Part shown: one piece after another, positions 9,801-17,365 of the stretch
Layout: each line of letters starts with the position of its first letter
Numbering within the stretch: position 1 is the first letter of the stretch
NCBI GenBank assembly: GCA_021732495.1
Contig: JAKFUY010000034.1
Span: forward strand, 1-47,200
Direction: 5' to 3'
Length of the DNA stretch: 47,200 nt
Origin: Legionellales bacterium
GTDB taxonomy: Bacteria > Pseudomonadota > Gammaproteobacteria > Legionellales > Legionellaceae
Notes under the pieces: model-generated
The model's database searches: none
What the model was told of the DNA's origin: nothing
Seen by the model: the letters and a program-made list of their open reading frames with translations, nothing else
Program-made: the position numbers and the translations under genes

Positions 9801-11585
9801 TGGCTTGTCTTGTAAAAAAGAAATGATTTCGGGGAAGGCTAGTTGCGTGGGCTCACTCATAGAGAGCATTAAGCTATTGAAACCATATCTATTTTCTTGT
9901 TGTAGTAAAATACTATCTAAAAACGGATTTTGCTCAATTTCTTGTAAAATAAATTTTAGATTTCTAACTGATTTATCAGTTATTAGCATTGGATCTTTCG
10001 CAATGGCTAACATTAAGGCGTTGCAGTCGTTATGAGAAGATGATACCCAAAGACTCTGAAGGATTTGGGGGCTTTTTTTCAAAAGCCTTACGATATTTAG
10101 AAGTGCGTGTGATTGTGAGCAAATAATTAATTTTAATAGGTCCTTTCCTTCTGTATATTCACATAGACTCAGTACGCTTTGTTGTTTATCAGATGGGAAT
10201 TCTTGGATGTAATCAAAAATTAAGTTTAATAAATAAGGCTTATTAACGGCAAGAAAAATCAAAGGATTCACGCCGTTTTTATCCTGAGTGCTGAATACTT
10301 TGATTTGTTGTTCTTGTGTCATAAATTGTAAACATTGAACAAGATGTTTTTGACTGAAACTTCCTTGCTCAAGTAATTGATGAAAATAAGTTTTATCATT
10401 ACTCATTTTTTCAATAAGAGGTTGTGTAAAGGGCGTGGAGGCATGGTGCTCTTTAAATTTTTGCAAGATAAATGGATAATTGGCGAAAACGTCTAAACAA
10501 TTAATAATGATAGCGAGTATATTTTTGGGGAAGGCTCTCGTTAACTCTAGGCTTAATTGGTATTGTCGTTCAACTGTGGTTTCGGGACATATTTTAAGAA
10601 AAAAAGAAAATTCTTTTGGGTTATTAAAAATAGTTTTAGGAAAAGCTACTATCGTTTCCTCTACCAAAAAAGATGTTATAAAAGCGGCCTCTTCGGGTGT
10701 AAATTCTAGATATTCTTCAAGGTGTAGTTTTTGAAATAGTAGATACGTAATACAGGGCCAGTTTAAATCACTGACTTCACCTGAGTCATTTAAAATCAAT
10801 ACATCTTCTTGAAATCTGGCATGATCTTGGATGTTTAAAATCTTGGTAAGGTATTCTATAAAATTGTCATAATAATTTGCTGCGTATTTATCGACAAGTC
10901 CAGTATAACCAAATTCGTTACTTAAAATATCTCTAATTTGTGAACGAAGATTAGAGATGATTTCAAAAGGTTGATAGCGATATGCAAACTCTCTGTCTAA
11001 CATGGCACGCAGTTGACCATCGGGGATACTAAATGGGTGATGACTGAAAGGATCATGGTCATCGGGTAGAAAAACTGAAAAGCCCAATTCTTGAGCCCAT
11101 TTGAAAATGACGTTATGACCATGAATTTCTAACGCGTGGGAACGTGCAAAACTATCAATTATCTCTGTACGCGTTCTCAATAATAGATGGTTGATAGATT
11201 GCGGGGCCTGTAACAGTTTCGATTGGCTGGTGACGATATTGACAAAGCCTGCAGTGCACATTGAAACAGGATGTTCTAGTGTAAGCAATAAACTATTTTT
11301 TTTCTGACTATCCAGTTTTCGGATGCTTCGGTCAGCCAGATGAATGTAAATATTATACAAATGGATTAGTAGATATTTTTTAGTAGAATGAGTGGCTTCG
11401 TCTCCACAATGTCGTTCGATATCAGTGTGTAGAGTTTCTGCATTCTCATGTTTTAATTTCAGGATTGAACTCCAAAGCGTTTTAAGTTCTGATAGCCAAT
11501 TGTCAGGCAATTCCTCTTCTAGCGGAGCACCAGTGCAAAGGGTGGCAATAGGAGGCAAACACTTTCTACGATTGATTTTAGGCAT
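6810..11585 (-). CDS. Giant ankyrin-like repeat protein (about 1591 aa), candidate Dot/Icm substrate
   Basis: A continuous 1605-codon ORF. The preferred start is the second Met (MPKINRR) at 11585, which overlaps the upstream gene stop as ATGCCTAA. There are many degenerate ~35-45-aa modules of the type D/Q-x-x-G-x-N-x-L-M-x-A...(L/I)L. The N-terminal ~330 aa are distantly similar to the N-terminus of the upstream gene. Confidence 0.7.
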   Translation of the reverse strand: MPKINRRKCLPPIATLCTGAPLEEELPDNWLSELKTLWSSILKLKHENAETLHTDIERHCGDEATHSTKKYLLIHLYNIYIHLADRSIRKLDSQKKNSLLLTLEHPVSMCTAGFVNIVTSQSKLLQAPQSINHLLLRTRTEIIDSFARSHALEIHGHNVIFKWAQELGFSVFLPDDHDPFSHHPFSIPDGQLRAMLDREFAYRYQPFEIISNLRSQIRDILSNEFGYTGLVDKYAANYYDNFIEYLTKILNIQDHARFQEDVLILNDSGEVSDLNWPCITYLLFQKLHLEEYLEFTPEEAAFITSFLVEETIVAFPKTIFNNPKEFSFFLKICPETTVERQYQLSLELTRAFPKNILAIIINCLDVFANYPFILQKFKEHHASTPFTQPLIEKMSNDKTYFHQLLEQGSFSQKHLVQCLQFMTQEQQIKVFSTQDKNGVNPLIFLAVNKPYLLNLIFDYIQEFPSDKQQSVLSLCEYTEGKDLLKLIICSQSHALLNIVRLLKKSPQILQSLWVSSSHNDCNALMLAIAKDPMLITDKSVRNLKFILQEIEQNPFLDSILLQQENRYGFNSLMLSMSEPTQLAFPEIISFLQDKPSSLIFSILSQETKHRFNALSMSCHEPYKKYANGLCALMHKLSPFEQVSLLSQKDTKGNTTLMQLASIHETPNTLLIDILKSFSTSDLIALFNQRLCIDDETRNALLFTKLNTNQENTLMLAIKEHHDAVLPLLDILESFSDIDEVLKVLAMRNSDGETCLTLALEYPSPISKDILELHLRSDEIELDDIWFKKPDYLRRSLALLNEFDSSILENNIHYFIRSMTLPQEHIKELLDIAFELLEQQPNTRFVFALINSLRIYVIEDCREYETSEEIDFFVQYLTEKIDAKPDGFVRFTPLLVHFINDTENPECTHPLLQWTFSGHQTTENKMSLLKHCDDSGENILMANVSNACFFAIFDEISNLDIATQGAIFSQENAYKQNVLHLALLAKKEGIEYLISKISTLNHDDKFKIFTQITDENEGDAHYNCIQYALKYYPRCTLYLIRFLQSLQIEDEFYLEPNGNGSENILMLAHNTEYLKMLMSNIPETALKKLLLDTDGDDYNTLEWSIWKGPEFTQVIMEKVDSLRTPLNLKEQLDFYRLDPCSSNIHSLSLLHFICENSTAEFHPILGKIYDLVKSRKKLLHIFTDGDGDHDNPLMVACQRSKNIQPLLEVLKKLPMKILTEVLTTSNNNGENALLVALKDDAEHAPMLMDFISQLPEELQAVIWTEQDNEGAVCLKLVDIYHSELLPTLISHLLRTSDETKLSLLSKDSEREEDSILMYWVEHSILSTIFPLINSLPEHNQQELLIDPALFIYGIGSPGNIQLLTEKISPWGHHAINDSLSGNVLHVAASQNTESLKIILRYLRCLDKKNQVALLIEQDEDDCQPLAIACKQDLENTLLVLDNILEFDISDQQKLLLSFTWSQVIISKLSTFLEWVCTKNPDSKCFLIPEDAIAITLSQGSAEDLTKLLECIKNVCPEKKVELIENCQLTVEKARIPPELQEFIASTLGYPSHKRTTSQVEQAPCIAVVSLFTQEKKPKTSHHQENTSQQGPK

Positions 11586-14583
11586 TATGGGCCCCTTGTT
11601 TTGGTCGTTTAGCCTCGGGCTCCTCATTAGAGGATGAAAACAAACGAAAGGGTGATAGTGGTTTTTCTAGAGCGTTTAATAGTGCGGCATTAAGGTTCGG
11701 TCGCATTTTTTCTAGAAAGTCTTGTTTTTCGTAATATTCTAATTGACTGATAAGGGTGATTGCTGATGGTGTATCAAATGCCACCAATCGCTTAGTGATG
11801 GATGTCAGATTTTCTTGACGAGATACCAACGCTTTTTTTAATACCTCATGGGTTGAAAAAATTTTTTCCATGGGGAAGGTATTGAGTATTAACTCGAGTA
11901 TGAAATTATCTTGATGCAAAGCAGATAAAGCCAATGGGAGGCTAATATCTAAGGTTTTCAATATGTCCATCAGTGGGGTCAAAAGCGTCGAAAAGTGCGC
12001 TAAGCTTAAACTCAATACATTGTGACGTTCAATGGATGTCTGGGTGAAAATTGTCGATTGTGTCTCTAAGCTCAAGGTCTTCGTTACATTTAATAAGGGT
12101 AACGCAAGAGCACTTTTTTTAGAAATCGCCCACATTAAACAGTTCATTTGGTCGACACTCGTATTAGATAAAATATGTTCTAAAAAAGCCTCATCGAATG
12201 ACTGTATCAGCCTTTGAAAATGTTCTTCAGAAACATCTTTTGCAATGGCAAATTTGATGATATTTAGTCCATCTGGCTCTAGTGATAGAACGCTGGTTTC
12301 TTTATAAAAATCTCTATTGAGTGCCAGAAGAAAATCTTTAAAAACTTCAAAATAGCCTGTGGAAGGCATGCAAATCAATTTGCGCAATAACTGATGCATC
12401 AACGTTTTAAAAAATTCAATTTGATTGTATTGCTCTATCTTTGACATTAATGTCATTAGATGTCCCTCAATAAAACCAGTATCATCTAAGATTAAGTCAT
12501 AGTGTTTCTGTAGTTGTTTGGCGAGCGTTGATGACGCAGGAATAAGTTTTGTTAGGGATAAGAATAGTTTTATAAAATATTCATGATTTTGTTTGTATCC
12601 AGATAAAGAAGATAAAATCCTGTCAAATTGATAGGGATGTTTCAGGAGTAATTTGAGTAGCGGTTCAATGTAGGCCTCATTTCTTTTCATGCAAAAATCT
12701 AGCGCGTCATAAGATTCGCTATTTCTTTGGAAAAGTATCACACCTTGTTGTGTGGTGGAAAGTATACCCTTTGGTTTTTCTGCGATTTCTTCCAACAAAT
12801 GCAGATATATCTCATCGTTTTCTTCGATAGCATAAAATAAGATATTTCGTTGGTGGATATCGATGCCTATTAAAAGCCCTGGTAAGCTTTGGGGAAATGT
12901 ATCTTTAAATCGATTAAATAACCAGATAAAATTTGACTCAGTCATTTTTGTGGCAAGATGTAAGCTATTCTGCTTGAAAAGATTGGTTTTTTTGTACATT
13001 TCTTGTGCAATGATGGGATCAAAACTTGAAATGTAATTAAACATTAACCCAATTGAAACACGCTTTTTTTTCTGTAAAACCAATAACCAGGCGGTATCGT
13101 GCGCTGCGTTCTTATGGTTTAAAGCGACCATTTGCGTTGATGGCTCTTGTTCTTGGTAAAGCGCAATGAGTTGCTCTAGAGTTGGTGATGACAAACTACA
13201 ACATAACATCAATGGATTGAGCTGTTCTTGATTGGTTTGGGTCAATAATACAGGCAGTACCGTTGGTAAGTTTTGTCTACAATACTGGCCTAACATCTCG
13301 ATACTTAGCCTAGATTCGTTATGAATTGCTATATGCAAAACATTATTACTCAGCTTATCCTGGGAAGAAATGATTAATTGTTGACGTTCTATGGGTAATT
13401 TTTTTATTTCACCCAGGAGTTGGTTGATTAAGCAAGGATGGTATTTGATGGCCCTCATAAGAAGGTTAAATCCCTTAGCATCTTTTTCAAAAAAAAGGTC
13501 GGATCTTTGCTTCTCAGTCAACATGGCAAACATGTGCAAATAGATCTCACAGATTTCCGAATTATCGATTGTCATGCGTTCTAATAAAAATACATTTCCT
13601 GATTTGGTTGTTGTCAACAGCAACTCAAAAAGCTTGGGCTCTTGAGTGTCTTCAAATAATTGAATGATTGATTGGCGATTTGCAGCATCATAATAATTTA
13701 ATATAGACATAAAATGCTCTAGTTGGATATCTCTGAAATAACTGTGACGCGCCAAATGCAGACTGATGATTGTGGATTGTAATTTTAAAGAGGTAAGACA
13801 TCCAAGCTTGAGTAGTATGCCAAGCTCATCAGTGTTGGTTAACATATTGCAAGCGATGTATGCCTCATTGTTTTGGGGTAGCTGCTGCATTAAAAAGACG
13901 TTTTCTAAAATGATGAAATCATCTGAGTTATAATCGATATATCCCTCTTTTTTAAGCAATTTTAATAGCTCTAAACCAATGACATTCCAACGGAGGCCAA
14001 TGACGTCCCCAGATGGATTTTGCACACAATATTCCTCAGGGTTTAGATCATGTGGGGATTGGAAAATATCTTTGAGATTACTGAGCCATTTTGAATAGAT
14101 GTCAAGTGAATATACTTGGTGATCTCCGTACTGGAGGTGCTTTTGAAAAGCTTTTTTGAGGGTGCCTGACATGATACTTAAGTAATGCAATGGGGAGACG
14201 TTGCCTTGTTGTCTAGATGCATCGAGGAGTGTTGATAGGCTATGTGGAACATGATATTGTTTAAGAAAATCATTTATTTTTTCAAAAAAAACGTCACTGT
14301 CATTGCATGCCATGCGCTGTATTTCAGCCAGTAATAAAATTTTTTCTGAGTGTTCTAGATATCGATTGTGGACGTGTTGATAGATTTGATGGAAGGTTTT
14401 TATGCTTTCTTTTTGAACTGGCGGGGTTATCACATAAACAAGATGTTCATCGATTCTTTGGATAAGAGAAGCTGACGATTGCTCGTCTAGACAAGAATGG
14501 ATAAACAACTTTAAATCCCCGATCCAGGTTACTGGAATAGCTTGAATAGGTTCAATGAGTGGTTTAAAGGTAAAACGTAACAT
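11578..14583 (-). CDS. Large ankyrin-like repeat protein (1001 aa), paralog of the downstream gene, candidate Dot/Icm substrate
   Basis: Uninterrupted 1001-codon ORF with the same degenerate ANK-like modules (e.g. AKGFNLLMRAIKYHP, SNNVLHIAIHNES, QLNPLMLCCS). The N-terminal block SGDVIGLRWNVIGLELLKLL aligns with SGEVSDLNWPCITYLLFQKL of the neighbour. The C-terminus is SSSNEEPEAKRPKQGAHNA. Confidence 0.7.
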   Translation of the reverse strand: MLRFTFKPLIEPIQAIPVTWIGDLKLFIHSCLDEQSSASLIQRIDEHLVYVITPPVQKESIKTFHQIYQHVHNRYLEHSEKILLLAEIQRMACNDSDVFFEKINDFLKQYHVPHSLSTLLDASRQQGNVSPLHYLSIMSGTLKKAFQKHLQYGDHQVYSLDIYSKWLSNLKDIFQSPHDLNPEEYCVQNPSGDVIGLRWNVIGLELLKLLKKEGYIDYNSDDFIILENVFLMQQLPQNNEAYIACNMLTNTDELGILLKLGCLTSLKLQSTIISLHLARHSYFRDIQLEHFMSILNYYDAANRQSIIQLFEDTQEPKLFELLLTTTKSGNVFLLERMTIDNSEICEIYLHMFAMLTEKQRSDLFFEKDAKGFNLLMRAIKYHPCLINQLLGEIKKLPIERQQLIISSQDKLSNNVLHIAIHNESRLSIEMLGQYCRQNLPTVLPVLLTQTNQEQLNPLMLCCSLSSPTLEQLIALYQEQEPSTQMVALNHKNAAHDTAWLLVLQKKKRVSIGLMFNYISSFDPIIAQEMYKKTNLFKQNSLHLATKMTESNFIWLFNRFKDTFPQSLPGLLIGIDIHQRNILFYAIEENDEIYLHLLEEIAEKPKGILSTTQQGVILFQRNSESYDALDFCMKRNEAYIEPLLKLLLKHPYQFDRILSSLSGYKQNHEYFIKLFLSLTKLIPASSTLAKQLQKHYDLILDDTGFIEGHLMTLMSKIEQYNQIEFFKTLMHQLLRKLICMPSTGYFEVFKDFLLALNRDFYKETSVLSLEPDGLNIIKFAIAKDVSEEHFQRLIQSFDEAFLEHILSNTSVDQMNCLMWAISKKSALALPLLNVTKTLSLETQSTIFTQTSIERHNVLSLSLAHFSTLLTPLMDILKTLDISLPLALSALHQDNFILELILNTFPMEKIFSTHEVLKKALVSRQENLTSITKRLVAFDTPSAITLISQLEYYEKQDFLEKMRPNLNAALLNALEKPLSPFRLFSSSNEEPEAKRPKQGAHNA

Positions 14584-14672
14584 GAGAAAATTTTATACAA
14601 AAAAAGTTTCGCGAATTATATATTCAAAGTATTGATTAGGCAACAGTGATGTGGTCCAACAGGAGCTAATTG

Positions 14673-16532
14673 ATGTCAAACCCATCTTCACGATTTTCTT
14701 TATTAAGTTTATCAGCCTTAGGTATTGTTTTTGGTGATATTGGCACTAGTCCTCTTTACGCCTATAAAACGGTTCTTATTCTTGCTGGGTGTGCTCCCAA
14801 CACACAAACAATTTTGGGCTCTGTTTCTTTGATTGTTTGGACATTAATGATGATTACCAGCATCAAATATATTAGTTTAGCGATGCGCATGGATAATGAT
14901 GGTGAGGGCGGTATTTTAGCTTTAATGTTTCTTTTAGGCTTAAAGACAAAATCACGACCTACAATTGTGGTCATTGGTCTGATGGGGGCGGCCCTAATTT
15001 ATGGAGATGGGGCTATGACCCCATCGATTTCAGTACTTTCTGCACTCGAAGGGCTTCATATGATATCACCATCTTTTGAAGCTTTTATTTTACCATCTGC
15101 AGTGATTATTCTGATTCTTTTATTTGCAATTCAACCCAAAGGCACTGCAAATATTGGTGCCGCTTTTGGTCCGATTATGGCGATATGGTTTTGTACCATT
15201 GGTCTATTGGGTGTACATGGCGTGATCCAACATCCTTCAATCATGGTTGCTCTCAATCCCATGTATGGACTCAGCTATCTTTTTACCCATGGATCTACTG
15301 GATTTTTATTGTTAGGCGGTGTTTTTTTGTGTGTCACTGGCGCAGAAGCATTATATGCAGATATGGGGCATTTTGGAGCAAAAGCAATCAGAACTGCTTG
15401 GTTTTGGGTGGTTTTTCCATGCCTTATTTTAAATTATCTGGGACAAGCTGCTTTGGTGCTCGATGGCGTTTCCATTGAACATAATATTTTTTATACGTTA
15501 TGCCCCAGAGAATTTCTCATACCACTGGTGTTGTTGGCAACAATAGCAACCATTATTGCCAGTCAGTCGATTATTACGGGGGTGTTTTCGATGACCAGGC
15601 AAGCCATCAAGATGGGGTGGTTGCCTCGATTGCGGATTGTTCAGACATCCTCCTTAGGTGTTGGGCAAATTTATGTGGGTGCTGCCAATTGGTTATTAAT
15701 GTTTGCAACGATTGGCGTCACAATTGAATTTGCCAGTTCTAATGAATTAGCTTCTGCATATGGTATTGCTGTTTCAGCTACGATGCTTCTGACCTCTTTG
15801 CTGTTATTTACGGCCTTGAGAGAAGTTTGGCATTGGGGTGTGATTAAAGCAGGGGCAATTTCAGGCTTGTTTATATTGATTGATGGTGCATTTTTAGGTG
15901 CAAATTTATTGAAATTTACCCATGGTGGCTATGTTCCCATTATGCTTGCTATTTTTATTGTAGGTATAATGACCATATGGCATAAAGGAATTAGATCGAT
16001 TTCTGTGAGGTTACGGGAGAAAAGTATTTCTCTGGCAATGTTTATGGATAATATTAAAAAAGAACAATTATCCCGCGTGCCTGGAACTGCCGTATTCATG
16101 ACGCGATCTGAGGTTATCCCGCCTGCTGTGATGATTTGGCATGTGAAAAAAAACCATGTACTGCATGAACAGGTTTTCATTTTGACAGTTAACACACTAT
16201 CTATTCCATGGTGTAAAAAACCTGAGCGGTTGAGTGCGAAGGAACTCAGTTCCAATGTTTGGCGTATTGTTGTGAATTACGGATTTATGGAGCAACCCAA
16301 TATTCCGCATGTGCTTGAAAATTTAAGTGCCTATGGATATGACATTCACCTTACTGATATGACTTACTATCTAGGACATGAGACTATCATTCCACGGGAA
16401 AATGGTAGTCTTATTCGCTTATGCATTAATAATATCTTTGCTTTTATGCACCGAAATGCTTTTCCTGCCGGTCAATATTTAAGATTGCCGCCTGATGCCA
16501 TTTTAGAAATTGGGCGGCAAATTAATATTTAG
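14673..16532 (+). CDS. kup: Kup/HAK/KT family potassium uptake transporter
   Basis: About 620 aa, polytopic, with the N-terminal GDIGTSPLY signature and a cytoplasmic C-terminal domain. The ATG at 14673 follows a TTG at 14670. Confidence 0.9.
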   Translation: MSNPSSRFSLLSLSALGIVFGDIGTSPLYAYKTVLILAGCAPNTQTILGSVSLIVWTLMMITSIKYISLAMRMDNDGEGGILALMFLLGLKTKSRPTIVVIGLMGAALIYGDGAMTPSISVLSALEGLHMISPSFEAFILPSAVIILILLFAIQPKGTANIGAAFGPIMAIWFCTIGLLGVHGVIQHPSIMVALNPMYGLSYLFTHGSTGFLLLGGVFLCVTGAEALYADMGHFGAKAIRTAWFWVVFPCLILNYLGQAALVLDGVSIEHNIFYTLCPREFLIPLVLLATIATIIASQSIITGVFSMTRQAIKMGWLPRLRIVQTSSLGVGQIYVGAANWLLMFATIGVTIEFASSNELASAYGIAVSATMLLTSLLLFTALREVWHWGVIKAGAISGLFILIDGAFLGANLLKFTHGGYVPIMLAIFIVGIMTIWHKGIRSISVRLREKSISLAMFMDNIKKEQLSRVPGTAVFMTRSEVIPPAVMIWHVKKNHVLHEQVFILTVNTLSIPWCKKPERLSAKELSSNVWRIVVNYGFMEQPNIPHVLENLSAYGYDIHLTDMTYYLGHETIIPRENGSLIRLCINNIFAFMHRNAFPAGQYLRLPPDAILEIGRQINI

Positions 16533-17266
16533 AAGAAATTGAAATACGTCCGAGGATAGGGCTCTTTGATCATTTCAAAATGCCACCATTCATAAGGGTA
16601 GACTCTAAAACCAAATTTTTTCATGCCTTGGCGTAAGAATTTACGCATCTTTTGGGCTTGGGGTGAAACCAGATTAGAATGAGAAAAAGAGGCGGGATGA
16701 AATAAATCAAAACTTGACCCCATATCAACGGTATGGTCATCTAAATAGACAATGTGATCACCATTATTTAGAGTGCGGGCACGGGCTTTAATCGGTCTTA
16801 ATTGATGGTGGTAGGGTATGAGTGTCAAATCAAAAGTGCTCCCTCGGCTGTGGGCTGAGCGATTTAATTTAATATAACGATTGCTAATATCTTTCTTGCT
16901 TAATGTGGGGTAGTAGTATTGTTTTAATCTGAGATTATCAATCGTTGGATTTTGTGCCCAATCGTGAAAACTATCTACAGCTACTTGAGGGCGATAGCCA
17001 TCATAGACCACCAATTGATAACCACGTTTTTTGAAATATCGATTGGCTTCTTTTAATTGTAATGCGCAGGCTCTGGTACAAATAATATGCGTACTATTGT
17101 AACCAGGAACGGAGTGGCCTAAAAAATTTTGATCGGAGTGATATCGAACATCTTCAATGATGCTCGGATCGATGTCATGTAGATAGACAAATTGTAATGG
17201 CAAACTACTGTTTTTAATACATCCGTTGAGCAAAATTAAAAGGCAGGTCGAAAGGAATATTTTCAT
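16529..17266 (-). CDS. D-alanyl-D-alanine dipeptidase, VanX/DdpX (M15D) family, probable lipoprotein
   Basis: SAHSRGSTFDL zinc-ligand motif and C-terminal EWWHFE motif of VanX-type peptidases. N-terminal signal with an LLNGC lipobox-like site. Confidence 0.8.
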   Translation of the reverse strand: MKIFLSTCLLILLNGCIKNSSLPLQFVYLHDIDPSIIEDVRYHSDQNFLGHSVPGYNSTHIICTRACALQLKEANRYFKKRGYQLVVYDGYRPQVAVDSFHDWAQNPTIDNLRLKQYYYPTLSKKDISNRYIKLNRSAHSRGSTFDLTLIPYHHQLRPIKARARTLNNGDHIVYLDDHTVDMGSSFDLFHPASFSHSNLVSPQAQKMRKFLRQGMKKFGFRVYPYEWWHFEMIKEPYPRTYFNFF

Positions 17267-17365
17267 CAGGGTTCCTGAAAAGCAATAAAAAACAAGGAGT
17301 TATACTTGCTATCTTAACCATTATACATATAATTTATTTTTTTTCGAGTTCGTGCGGATCTTATA

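Noticed and set aside
11007-11039. HPFSIPDGQLR string in the N-terminal domain of the 1591-aa protein, resembling the Fic motif HPFx(D/E)GNGRxxR (AnkX-like architecture: Fic plus ankyrin repeats)
   Set aside because: It needs a 2-residue insertion, lacks the Asn-Gly of the motif, and the segment is absent from the 1001-aa paralog. It is most likely chance. It would only be worth revisiting if structure prediction shows a Fic fold.
14584-14669. PmrA-type regulatory box (tandem TTAATATT) in the divergent promoter region upstream of the 1001-aa gene (CTAATCAATACTTTGAATATATAATT on the minus strand)
   Set aside because: The half-sites are imperfect and spaced about 13 bp rather than 11 bp. Only a generic TATAAT-like -10 element can be supported.
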